Virus record (IMG/VR): IMGVR_UViG_3300045922_000293
Span: 49,161 to 113,160 of that record
Strand: one strand, 5' to 3'
Source of the DNA: a virus
DNA length: 64,000 nucleotides
Shown here: piece by piece, positions 56,309 to 64,000 of the stretch
Layout of the letters: each line of letters begins with the position of its first letter
Position numbering within the stretch: the first letter of the stretch is position 1
Made by a program: the position numbers and the translations under genes
Notes under the pieces: model-generated
Seen by the model: the letters and a program-made list of their open reading frames with translations, nothing else
What the model was told of the DNA's origin: nothing
Databases searched by the model: none

Positions 56309-57823
56309 ATGGCTACAATCGAAGACACCTTGATCCGATCCTTGATCCGTGATGGCGATCCCCAAGACATGACACAGAATGTCCATCTCTGCCAGAATTA
56401 TGCTGTGATGGATCGCACCCGTCTCGCCTTTGAGGGGGATCATGCTGAAATATGGGCCTTTCTCCAAGATTTCTACACCGAGTATAAGGAAGTTGTGCAT
56501 GTGAACATTGCCATGCAAGTCTTCTCAAAGCACGCCAAGAGCACGATTGCGGATTATCTGGAATCGATCCGTGTGGTCAAGCCTTTATACCGATCGGAAT
56601 TTGAGCACCTTGCAAAAGAGGTGATGAACCATCAGAAGACCCGTGAATGCTCACAGCTCTTGAAGACCGCAGCTCAGATTTTGACCACAGGCATGATGAT
56701 CAAGCCGGATAAGGGGGGTCGCGATGGGAAAAAGGAAGTGTTCTATAAGGGGTATACGGATGCGATGCGCTATATTATGGAGCGCGCAGACTACTTCCTA
56801 AGCAGTCCTGACGGTCAGAAAAACAGTGGTGATTTGAATGAAGACGGCGAGGAGCTAGAAGCCGATCTTGATCATGTTCTAGAACATCCCGGTGATTCAT
56901 GGGGGCAGGCGACAGGTATGGACCCGATAGATAGTGTGTGCCGTGGTCTCAAGAAGGGTGAGCTTTGGATTCATGCTGGCAGTGTGGGGGAGTTGAAGAC
57001 GGGTTTTGCAATGAATTGGGCCTATAAGCAAGCCTTTCTCTTCGGGCATAATGTTTACTACTGGTCATTAGAGATGCCTTATAGCCAGATAAGACGCATG
57101 TTCGCGGTGATGCACAGCGCCCATCCTAAATTCCGTAAGGCTGGCTATCCGCTTTTGAATTATGCTGAGATACGTGATGGTGTGACGAAGACCGGGAAGT
57201 TGTTGAGTGAAGATACAATTGAATATTACAGGTTTTTGTTGCGGGATCTTGATAGTGAAGAGTACGGTCGCCTCCATATTGAGGTTCCCGTGGACAAGAT
57301 CACGATGCCTGAGATCAAGCACCGCATGGAGGTATATCATCAACAGTATCCTATACAGATGGCGGTCATTGATCACCTAGGCTTGGTGACCCCCGCGCGT
57401 CAGACCTCAAATTATTATTCGGATCTCAACACGGTGATGCGCGCTGCGAAGATGTTATCGATGCATTTCAACGGTGGCGAACAGATCCCCGTTCTTGGCC
57501 TCCTCCAGATCAATCGCCAGGGCAAGGCAGAGGCGGATAAGAATAACGGCCGCTATAAGACGCAGGCACTAGCGGATGCGAATGAGGCAGAGCGCAGCGC
57601 AGACGTGATCTCTTACAGCTATCTCAATGATGAGCTGCGCAACGCGGCTCAGGTTCTGATCGGGTGCCTGAAGAATCGTGAGAATCCTCATTTTAACCCC
57701 TTTATGGCATCCGTGGATTGGGGGCCGCGCTATATAGGCCATTCGTTTGATCAGGGTCACATCATGCCCGATATCAGTGTGCTCGATGGTACCCAAAGTG
57801 ATCTTATGATAGGTCTGGGCTAA
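56309..57823 (+). CDS. DnaB-like replicative helicase
   Basis: TG...ID....GL.KGEL, variant Walker A GSVGELKT, SLEM, VIDHL.L, Q.NRQG, E..AD, KNR. Confidence 0.88.
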   Translation: MATIEDTLIRSLIRDGDPQDMTQNVHLCQNYAVMDRTRLAFEGDHAEIWAFLQDFYTEYKEVVHVNIAMQVFSKHAKSTIADYLESIRVVKPLYRSEFEHLAKEVMNHQKTRECSQLLKTAAQILTTGMMIKPDKGGRDGKKEVFYKGYTDAMRYIMERADYFLSSPDGQKNSGDLNEDGEELEADLDHVLEHPGDSWGQATGMDPIDSVCRGLKKGELWIHAGSVGELKTGFAMNWAYKQAFLFGHNVYYWSLEMPYSQIRRMFAVMHSAHPKFRKAGYPLLNYAEIRDGVTKTGKLLSEDTIEYYRFLLRDLDSEEYGRLHIEVPVDKITMPEIKHRMEVYHQQYPIQMAVIDHLGLVTPARQTSNYYSDLNTVMRAAKMLSMHFNGGEQIPVLGLLQINRQGKAEADKNNGRYKTQALADANEAERSADVISYSYLNDELRNAAQVLIGCLKNRENPHFNPFMASVDWGPRYIGHSFDQGHIMPDISVLDGTQSDLMIGLG

Positions 57824-58401
57824 TGTCACATTACTGGAGAAGAAGAGCGGATCATGTGAAAGGACATGTGACGATCTTTGATATTCTGAGCCACTTCGGC
57901 ATCCCGCTTCAGACCCGCAGTCACGGGGAGGTGACCCATCCCTGCCCGCTTCACGGGGATGGTCGTGATGGGAAAGCGAGCGCCAAAGCCTATGCCGATA
58001 GCCAAAAGAGTTTTTGTTGGGCTTGTGGTAAGGCAAGAGACATCATAGCGTTCACTGCGGATCATGAAAATCTCAGTTTTTCGGAGGCGGTGAAGTATGT
58101 AGAACGAGTCTTCCATGTCACCCCCTTGCATGGTTATGATCCTCAAGAGATGGCGGAAGATGGTAGTGATACGGTTTTGATGTCAGAGCTGAAGGCGATT
58201 TTAGACCCGAAAAAGTTAGAATCGAAAGATCATTTTGTGCAATTGGACAAGGTTCTACTTAGGTCTAACATGAAATTGGAATTAAAAATGAAATGTTATG
58301 CGTTACGTGACATATTAGAACATGACCACCATAAAGGGGTAGATGTCACGTCAAAGATAGTATCTTTGATTGAAAAGGTCAAAAGTTTTGAAGAAGTTTA
58401 A
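57823..58401 (+). CDS. CHC2 zinc-finger protein (primase zinc-binding domain without TOPRIM)
   Basis: CPLH.D...SA......FCWACG...DII.F....ENLSFSEAV. Confidence 0.8.
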   Translation: MSHYWRRRADHVKGHVTIFDILSHFGIPLQTRSHGEVTHPCPLHGDGRDGKASAKAYADSQKSFCWACGKARDIIAFTADHENLSFSEAVKYVERVFHVTPLHGYDPQEMAEDGSDTVLMSELKAILDPKKLESKDHFVQLDKVLLRSNMKLELKMKCYALRDILEHDHHKGVDVTSKIVSLIEKVKSFEEV

Positions 58402-58861
58402 GATTCAGGACAAGTCAGGATGCTACACGAATGTTGCGGTGATCCGTAGAGGATTAGACGGATTATTAGAATACCCTTATGATGCATTAGAATCCGACCC
58501 GCGTTATGAGGGTTTTTTTGCTGCGGCGACGCATTTAGACCCACGTAATGAAGCCCATCACAGGGCTTGGGAGGATGCGCTCCACGGCTTTGGCCACCCT
58601 TTATATCAGCTACTTAAAACCCCGCCCGCTTACCTGCATAGCTATGTTCAAGACCCCTTCACATGTAGACACCATGAAACATGTACCGAATATCAAAAAT
58701 CTTCATGTGTTTACTTTTCAAGGAAGGCCCCCTTGTGTTATGATCCCCCCCGCGGGGGTGAGGAGGTGGCTGTAGCACTCCTAGCGATCCGTGATGCTTG
58801 GCTAACCCACCATTATATGATTATCGTGCCTGATAGTATGACGGCGCTACGAACACAATAA
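58370..58861 (+). CDS. hypothetical Cys-rich protein
   Basis: C....C......C.......P.CY cluster; within the replication operon. Confidence 0.6.
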   Translation: MKRSKVLKKFKIQDKSGCYTNVAVIRRGLDGLLEYPYDALESDPRYEGFFAAATHLDPRNEAHHRAWEDALHGFGHPLYQLLKTPPAYLHSYVQDPFTCRHHETCTEYQKSSCVYFSRKAPLCYDPPRGGEEVAVALLAIRDAWLTHHYMIIVPDSMTALRTQ

Positions 58862-58867
58862 GGTAGG

Positions 58868-61800
58868 ATGGATACCGTGAGCCTCTTCGGAGATGACTTC
58901 GCCTATGAGAGCAAACAAGCCTTCAAAGCCGCCAACATGCCGGGGGAGCTTCCCCCGTATGAATGGATGCAGGCGCACGAATTTATCGGGGTGAAGACCT
59001 TAGAGGAGTTGGCAGAGCTTGTTGAGGAATGCAAAACGAAGCCTTATGTGGCCATAGATCTTGAGACGACGGGCCTTGATAACCGCCGCGATAGCTTAGG
59101 GCATACAAAAGATCGCATTGTAGGTATTTGTATGAGTCCCGATGGCAAAAGGGGCTATTATGTCCCGGTAAGACACGCTGATCCATCATGGAATCTCCCC
59201 CCCTCTAAGGTCTTCCCCCTGATTAGGGATCTTTGTGAAGCAACGGTGATTATTGTCCATAATGCCATCTTTGATCTTGATATGCTAGCGGGTGAGGATA
59301 TCATCGTAGAGAGCCCCCACAAGTTTGAAGACACCTTAATTTTATCCTACCTCAGGGATTGTGCATCAAAACGCCACGGTTTGAAATATCTCAGCTCTAC
59401 ATTGCTCGGAAAGACAGACCCTGAGACGGGACGTCCTACGGGCCATAAAATGTTCGAGATTCATGAGCTATTTCCGAAAGGCTTTAAACATGACATCACC
59501 TTTCAAGACTTGGACCCCTATCACATCAATACACTACGCTACGCGTGCGCGGATGTCGTGAACACCTACTTGCTCTATTTACATATGCAACAGGTAGGTC
59601 AGGAACAAAGCGCAATCTATATGATAGAGAAGTCTACTGTAGCAGCCTTGATGTGGATGGATCTCAACACATGCAAGATCAATTTATCTACATGTGAGAG
59701 AATTCTTCATGAGATTCAAATCTTATTTGAAGCAGCAATTGAAGATATTTATGAGAGTTTGGAAGAGTCTTTTGAAAAGGTCGTGGACGTATTCCATGAT
59801 CATATTCGTCAAGTGCATGAGAAGAAGCCTTATAAGATTCATGAGATTTTAAGTCTAGGTTTACGCGATCAGATCAAGGCTATGTATGCGATTACGAGTC
59901 CCATGCAATTGGGTGAGGTGTTCGCTTTTTTGTCGAAGCACCAAAAACATACGGGATTCGATGTCGCACTAGAATATACGGGGGATGAGAATTCTGAACG
60001 GAGGCAGGTAGGTACAAGCGAAGAAGTAATCAATCGGATGATTGCGGCAGCGGGGCACAGGTTTCACTTTTTGAATCGCATCGGCACCTACCGCACCCTT
60101 CAGAAGATTGAAGGCACTTATGTGAGGCCGATCTATGAGGCCGCTAAAAAGAATCAAGGCTTCGTTCGTTTTTCGTTCAACCCGTATTTTACAGATACGG
60201 GACGCTTTTCTGCATCAAAAGGTGATCCCAATTTAGGCTACAGCGGGATCAATATTCAAAGTACACCCGCGTGTTATAATACCGCCAAGATCCTAGGGCG
60301 TCCTATTCATGAGCGGCCTCAGGGTACGGGTATCGGTGCACTGCACCAAAGCTACCTTGATGCGAAAACCAAGGGTGGTTTTATCCGCCTCGTGCATGAC
60401 GGTCATTTTATAAGGGATAACGTGACGGGGGGAGAGTTTTGTATACGCTCCGAATGTGATGAAACTTGCCTCTTCGCTGCTTCCTGCAAGCACGGGAGAA
60501 CGATCAAACAGCGTATGGTGAGTTTGGAGTCGAGCGCGCGGCTGTGTCTTGAAGCAAGGGATGAGGACCATATTCTTGTGGCTGTGGATCAAAGCGGCGT
60601 GGAGCTTCGTGTCGCCGCAAACGCTTCACGGGAGCGTAAATGGATCGATGAATTTTTCCGTTGTGCTTCATGTGGCCATCAGTTTGAGCAAGAGCGCTCT
60701 AAGGGGATCGCGCCCCCTAAGCTGTGTCCCCTCTGTGAGAGTGATAAGATCGGGGATCTGCATACTCTGACGTGCAAGATCGTTCATGGCGAAGCCATCA
60801 CGGAAGACCCAAAATTTAAAGAATTTAGACAGGCGGCAAAATGTGTTGTGGGGAGCACACGCATTCTTAGCAGTCAAGGTCTTGTCACAATAGAGAGCCT
60901 TAAGCCTTGTGATCGTACAAAGCCAGATACGTTTTATCCCGTGACGGGCCTTCACGTTTGGTCAGAGGCAGGCGTCCAAGAAGTCTCTCATTTTTATGAC
61001 GGCGGTGTACAGCCTACATTGAGGATCAAGACTGCTTTGGGCATGACCTTAGAGGGTACAGCTTCACATCGTATCCGTGTCTACGATCAAGAGTTGGGTT
61101 ATGTATGGCGGAATTTAGGAAGCCTCAAGGTGGGGGATCTTGCGGTTCTTGATCGGGGATCGGATGCCTTTCATGTTGAGATTTTACCTCATTGGGAATC
61201 TTCTCATGACGTGCGGCCTGAAGACGTGAAGTTTTTGAGCCAACGTCGCGCCATTTTTGATCCTATTCTTTTCATTGAGGATGGGGGGCCTCAACAGGTG
61301 TGGGATCTTACAGTGCCGGAATCTGAGAGTTTTTGGGGCAATGGCTTCATCAACCATAATTCTGCGAACTTCGCAATCCTCTATGGGGGGGGCCCAAATG
61401 CGGTCGCTGCCGCGACGGGGCTATCTGTGGAAGGGTCAGCGGCGTTCAGAGATAAATTTCTTTCGGGCCTTCCTACGCTCAAGCGTTGGTTTGACACCAC
61501 GATATCACAGGCTCGAAAACAAGGCTACGTCCAAACACTCTTAGGGCGCCGCATTCTGCTCCCTGATATTAATCATGAAAATAGTGGACGCCGGACAAAA
61601 GCCGAGCGTAATGCGATCAACAGTATTATTCAGGGCACGGCCACGGGGGATCTCATCCGTTATGCGAAAGCACGGATTTACCGTGAGCTGGGTAAGATTC
61701 CTGATGGCCGTAAGCATTGCAAGCTCATCATTACGGTGCATGATGAGCTTGTATTCGATATCAAGAAAGACAAGCTCCCGATCCTCATCCCTGTCATCTT

Positions 61801-62335
61801 GAGTTGTATGACCCAATTGGGCACTGCATTGAAATGGCCCGTCCCCCTCGCATGTGATGTCGAGTTAGGCGATACATGGGACGTGACCTATAACTGGAAT
61901 AGCTTTACAAACCCTAGCCCTAAAACGGGTCTATGTGCGGATCCCGTCCCTAAAACGCTGTTCAATCACATCCCGCATCATCCCGGAATGTGGATTGAAG
62001 ATGAGGCTACGGGGGATCAGATGATCTTGGTAGGGCGAGCGCCTGTAGGTGCTGAAGAAAATGAGCCGGTTTTGGACAGGGATGAACCCTCAAACGATCC
62101 CGTCCATAAAGATTGTTTTGAGATATTTTTAGAGGGTGCTCAAAACATTCAGGCGTTGAAGGATACGATTCAAAGTATTGAGTCTTTTATCTTAGATTAC
62201 CAAGAGGAAAGTGAATCTTATCTCCACATATCGGTGAAAAATGACGAAAAAATCGTATATGTCACAAAACCTTTAAATATAGATCATTTCATGTTGATTC
62301 TTCATTATGTGTCTTCAATAGGCGGTATACAATGA
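58868..62335 (+). CDS. polA: family A DNA polymerase with 3'-5' exonuclease, Cys-rich insertions and a mini-intein
   Basis: Exo I DLETTGL, Exo II HNA.FD, Exo III YACAD; TGRFS; motif A DQSGVELR; motif B R..AK[intein]SANFAILYG; AER.AINS.IQGTA; motif C VHDEL. Confidence 0.93.
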   Translation: MDTVSLFGDDFAYESKQAFKAANMPGELPPYEWMQAHEFIGVKTLEELAELVEECKTKPYVAIDLETTGLDNRRDSLGHTKDRIVGICMSPDGKRGYYVPVRHADPSWNLPPSKVFPLIRDLCEATVIIVHNAIFDLDMLAGEDIIVESPHKFEDTLILSYLRDCASKRHGLKYLSSTLLGKTDPETGRPTGHKMFEIHELFPKGFKHDITFQDLDPYHINTLRYACADVVNTYLLYLHMQQVGQEQSAIYMIEKSTVAALMWMDLNTCKINLSTCERILHEIQILFEAAIEDIYESLEESFEKVVDVFHDHIRQVHEKKPYKIHEILSLGLRDQIKAMYAITSPMQLGEVFAFLSKHQKHTGFDVALEYTGDENSERRQVGTSEEVINRMIAAAGHRFHFLNRIGTYRTLQKIEGTYVRPIYEAAKKNQGFVRFSFNPYFTDTGRFSASKGDPNLGYSGINIQSTPACYNTAKILGRPIHERPQGTGIGALHQSYLDAKTKGGFIRLVHDGHFIRDNVTGGEFCIRSECDETCLFAASCKHGRTIKQRMVSLESSARLCLEARDEDHILVAVDQSGVELRVAANASRERKWIDEFFRCASCGHQFEQERSKGIAPPKLCPLCESDKIGDLHTLTCKIVHGEAITEDPKFKEFRQAAKCVVGSTRILSSQGLVTIESLKPCDRTKPDTFYPVTGLHVWSEAGVQEVSHFYDGGVQPTLRIKTALGMTLEGTASHRIRVYDQELGYVWRNLGSLKVGDLAVLDRGSDAFHVEILPHWESSHDVRPEDVKFLSQRRAIFDPILFIEDGGPQQVWDLTVPESESFWGNGFINHNSANFAILYGGGPNAVAAATGLSVEGSAAFRDKFLSGLPTLKRWFDTTISQARKQGYVQTLLGRRILLPDINHENSGRRTKAERNAINSIIQGTATGDLIRYAKARIYRELGKIPDGRKHCKLIITVHDELVFDIKKDKLPILIPVILSCMTQLGTALKWPVPLACDVELGDTWDVTYNWNSFTNPSPKTGLCADPVPKTLFNHIPHHPGMWIEDEATGDQMILVGRAPVGAEENEPVLDRDEPSNDPVHKDCFEIFLEGAQNIQALKDTIQSIESFILDYQEESESYLHISVKNDEKIVYVTKPLNIDHFMLILHYVSSIGGIQ
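60842..61360 (+). mobile_element. mini-intein (173 aa, no homing endonuclease) in polymerase motif B
   Basis: Starts CVVGSTRI, block B GTASHRI, ends VWDLTV......NGFINHN followed by +1 Ser; removal restores RQAAK-SANFAILYG. Confidence 0.93.
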
Positions 62336-62985
62336 AAAAGATGAAAGAGGACTTTACAGAGGATTGCATGTCGGGAATGCCCCCGAATTTGCAAAAAGAG
62401 ATAGGTGTTCAGGGATTGAGGGAGGGTTTTTGTGTCACATGCATGAATATGGCATGCGTCCGCGCGCAAGGATTCTCATCTAAATGGGAGGCTAGGATGG
62501 AGCGCCAAGAGGAGGCGCTCCATCGCCCTGTGTTCGGAGACATCCATGATCCCAATTATAAAGAGATCCATGAGCAAGCGTTCATTAGCCTGTATGACGC
62601 CTCAGCCAAGCGTGATCTGTGGTCACCTGTCCTCACGCTCCCCGCAAAAGAGGATGAAGTCCTTCAAGAGGAAGGTGTGGATGAGCCCGATTATACCCCA
62701 CAGTCTAAAGAAGCCCCTGTAGAAGATCACGATAAGAAACGTGAAGCCTTGGCGAGGCTGAAAGCCGCAGGCCCCGTGCTAGAGCGCAAGACATTGCCTA
62801 ACCCGATCAATACCCACGTCCCCCCAGGGGGCATTTTACTAAGCCCTCCGGATCAAAATCCAAGCCTTCCCTCCCGAGAAATACGTTTGAATCAAGAAGT
62901 TGATACATGGGCTCCTAAAACCCCTGTAGGGCGGGGGGGTAAAAAGAAAAATGTGATCAAACTAAGCGGCGGGGGTCATACCTAA
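62332..62985 (+). CDS. hypothetical protein (N-terminal Cys cluster, Pro-rich C-terminus)
   Basis: ATGA coupling to the polymerase; FC..C.N..C.R. Confidence 0.7.
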   Translation: MKKMKEDFTEDCMSGMPPNLQKEIGVQGLREGFCVTCMNMACVRAQGFSSKWEARMERQEEALHRPVFGDIHDPNYKEIHEQAFISLYDASAKRDLWSPVLTLPAKEDEVLQEEGVDEPDYTPQSKEAPVEDHDKKREALARLKAAGPVLERKTLPNPINTHVPPGGILLSPPDQNPSLPSREIRLNQEVDTWAPKTPVGRGGKKKNVIKLSGGGHT

Positions 62986-63387
62986 CTCCGAGCATGTCGG
63001 TCGAAATGAAGGGCATTCCCTGTGTGGAAGAGAAGAAGTCCATGGTGAGAACAAGACTCTCAACTTTCACCACAGACCCTATTGTTCTGGGGGAGTAGAT
63101 TGGTTCAGTTGCTGAAATATTATCGGTCAATTTAGAACAGAGTCAGATCGTCGCCTATCTGTTTAGGCGGGGGATCGAAAATAGGTGAGCAATCGTGGCG
63201 AAACACATTCATCGGGTCCTCAAACACTCCGCTGTGAAGGGCCGCTTGATTTAATCCGCCACCCTCGCGTGAGTTGCTACCTTGATGCAAGGTGTTGAGT
63301 TTGGACAAATGCATCACTAAGATGATGAAAAAGTTGCGCAAAACGCCGCGTGAGTCTTGAGCCACGCGAGAGACCTTTTGGATGTAG

Positions 63388-63810
63388 ATGTCATGGATAG
63401 ATCACAAGATGCGGGGGGCGAGGCGACTTCTACACGCAAAGCATCCTGCACCGGGGGCAAAGTTTAGGCTCATATGCCTTGCTCTGGCCGGCCGTCGGCA
63501 TGTGTCTTACGGCTTTAACTCGATCAAGACCCATACACGATCCCAGCGTGTGATTGAGTCTCACCATATAGTGAGCCGCTACGCGAAGGGGGAGAGCCCT
63601 TATTTGTGCCCCCATATCCATGCCGAGTGGGCGGCCTTGAATAAGGCTCGTGGCGTCGTGGACACCGTTGTGATCTATAGAGAGCGGAAGGACGGGTCCG
63701 CTGCGATGGCGCGCCCGTGTAATGTTTGTATGGCGCTTTTAAAGGCCCGCGGCGTCAGGCTTGTGATCTATACCGGCAAGGATGGGCTGCCCCTCATGGA
63801 AAAAATTTAA
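63388..63810 (+). CDS. cytidine/dCMP-deaminase-fold zinc protein
   Basis: G.N...TH, HAE, ARPCNVC, GVR.V.YT. Confidence 0.85.
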   Translation: MSWIDHKMRGARRLLHAKHPAPGAKFRLICLALAGRRHVSYGFNSIKTHTRSQRVIESHHIVSRYAKGESPYLCPHIHAEWAALNKARGVVDTVVIYRERKDGSAAMARPCNVCMALLKARGVRLVIYTGKDGLPLMEKI

Positions 63811-63910
63811 AAATTATTTTAGAAAATTCTAATGCCGCTGCGTATAAGTTGGTGTGAGCGGCGCACGGTGCATCGCCTCACAGAAACACCCAAAGAAGAG
63901 AGAGTGAAAG

Positions 63911-64000
63911 ATGAAGAAGACGGACGGACTTTATCGTGTTCAGATTGATCCCGAGAACAACGGGGACCTTTTTTGGGCGGGAGTTTTCCCCCCCGAGTTA
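63911..64000 (+). CDS. start of a hypothetical protein (3'-truncated)
   Basis: Purine-rich RBS and ATG; open to the window end; preceded by an AT-rich stretch, TATAAG and a hairpin (63853-63882). Confidence 0.5.
   Translation, partial: MKKTDGLYRVQIDPENNGDLFWAGVFPPEL

Noticed and set aside
9268-61816. Many 60-190 aa ORFs antisense to or nested in long genes (e.g. 9268-9756, 12794-13282, 16710-17183, 36891-37454, 57569-58036)
   Set aside because: They are shadows of well-supported genes on the other strand or frame and have no motifs of their own.
62986-63387. Gene in the gap before the deaminase (minus-strand 63132-63365, or TAG read-through of a short plus-strand ORF)
   Set aside because: No motif or convincing RBS; candidate frames could not be distinguished.
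1-64000. Alternative genetic code (stop-codon reassignment, seen in some large phages)
   Set aside because: Conserved genes are full length in the standard code, and TAA, TAG and TGA all end genes at sensible positions.

Overview
Fragment of a very large tailed dsDNA phage (jumbo, myovirus-like) genome. It is densely coded, almost entirely on the + strand, and reads normally in the standard genetic code. Order: C-terminal part of a SNF2-type helicase; a neck/tail-completion cluster containing an actin-fold ATPase that resembles haloarchaeal volactin; a FmdB zinc ribbon and PhoH; a giant (~2,040 aa) contractile tail sheath; a non-structural block (GroEL, DHH phosphoesterase, AAA+ ATPase, HTH/sigma-like gene, GyrB/ParE, DEDDh exonuclease, Lon, DUF2161-like nuclease); about 19 kb of baseplate/fibre-type structural genes; membrane/lysis-like genes; and a replication module (SNF2 helicase, degenerate DnaC-like loader, DnaB, stand-alone CHC2 zinc finger, family A polymerase with a mini-intein, Zn deaminase). 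Highlights: (1) the sheath has six 14-aa strand repeats followed by six domain bodies lacking that strand, implying a nested out-and-back rod; (2) a volactin-like actin with a possible N-terminal AT-hook among virion genes; (3) a recurring fixed-spacing promoter-like motif followed by hairpin leaders at four intergenic sites; (4) decoration domains shared among structural genes, including a 28-bp exact match. All family assignments come from reading motifs by eye; no database searches were run.
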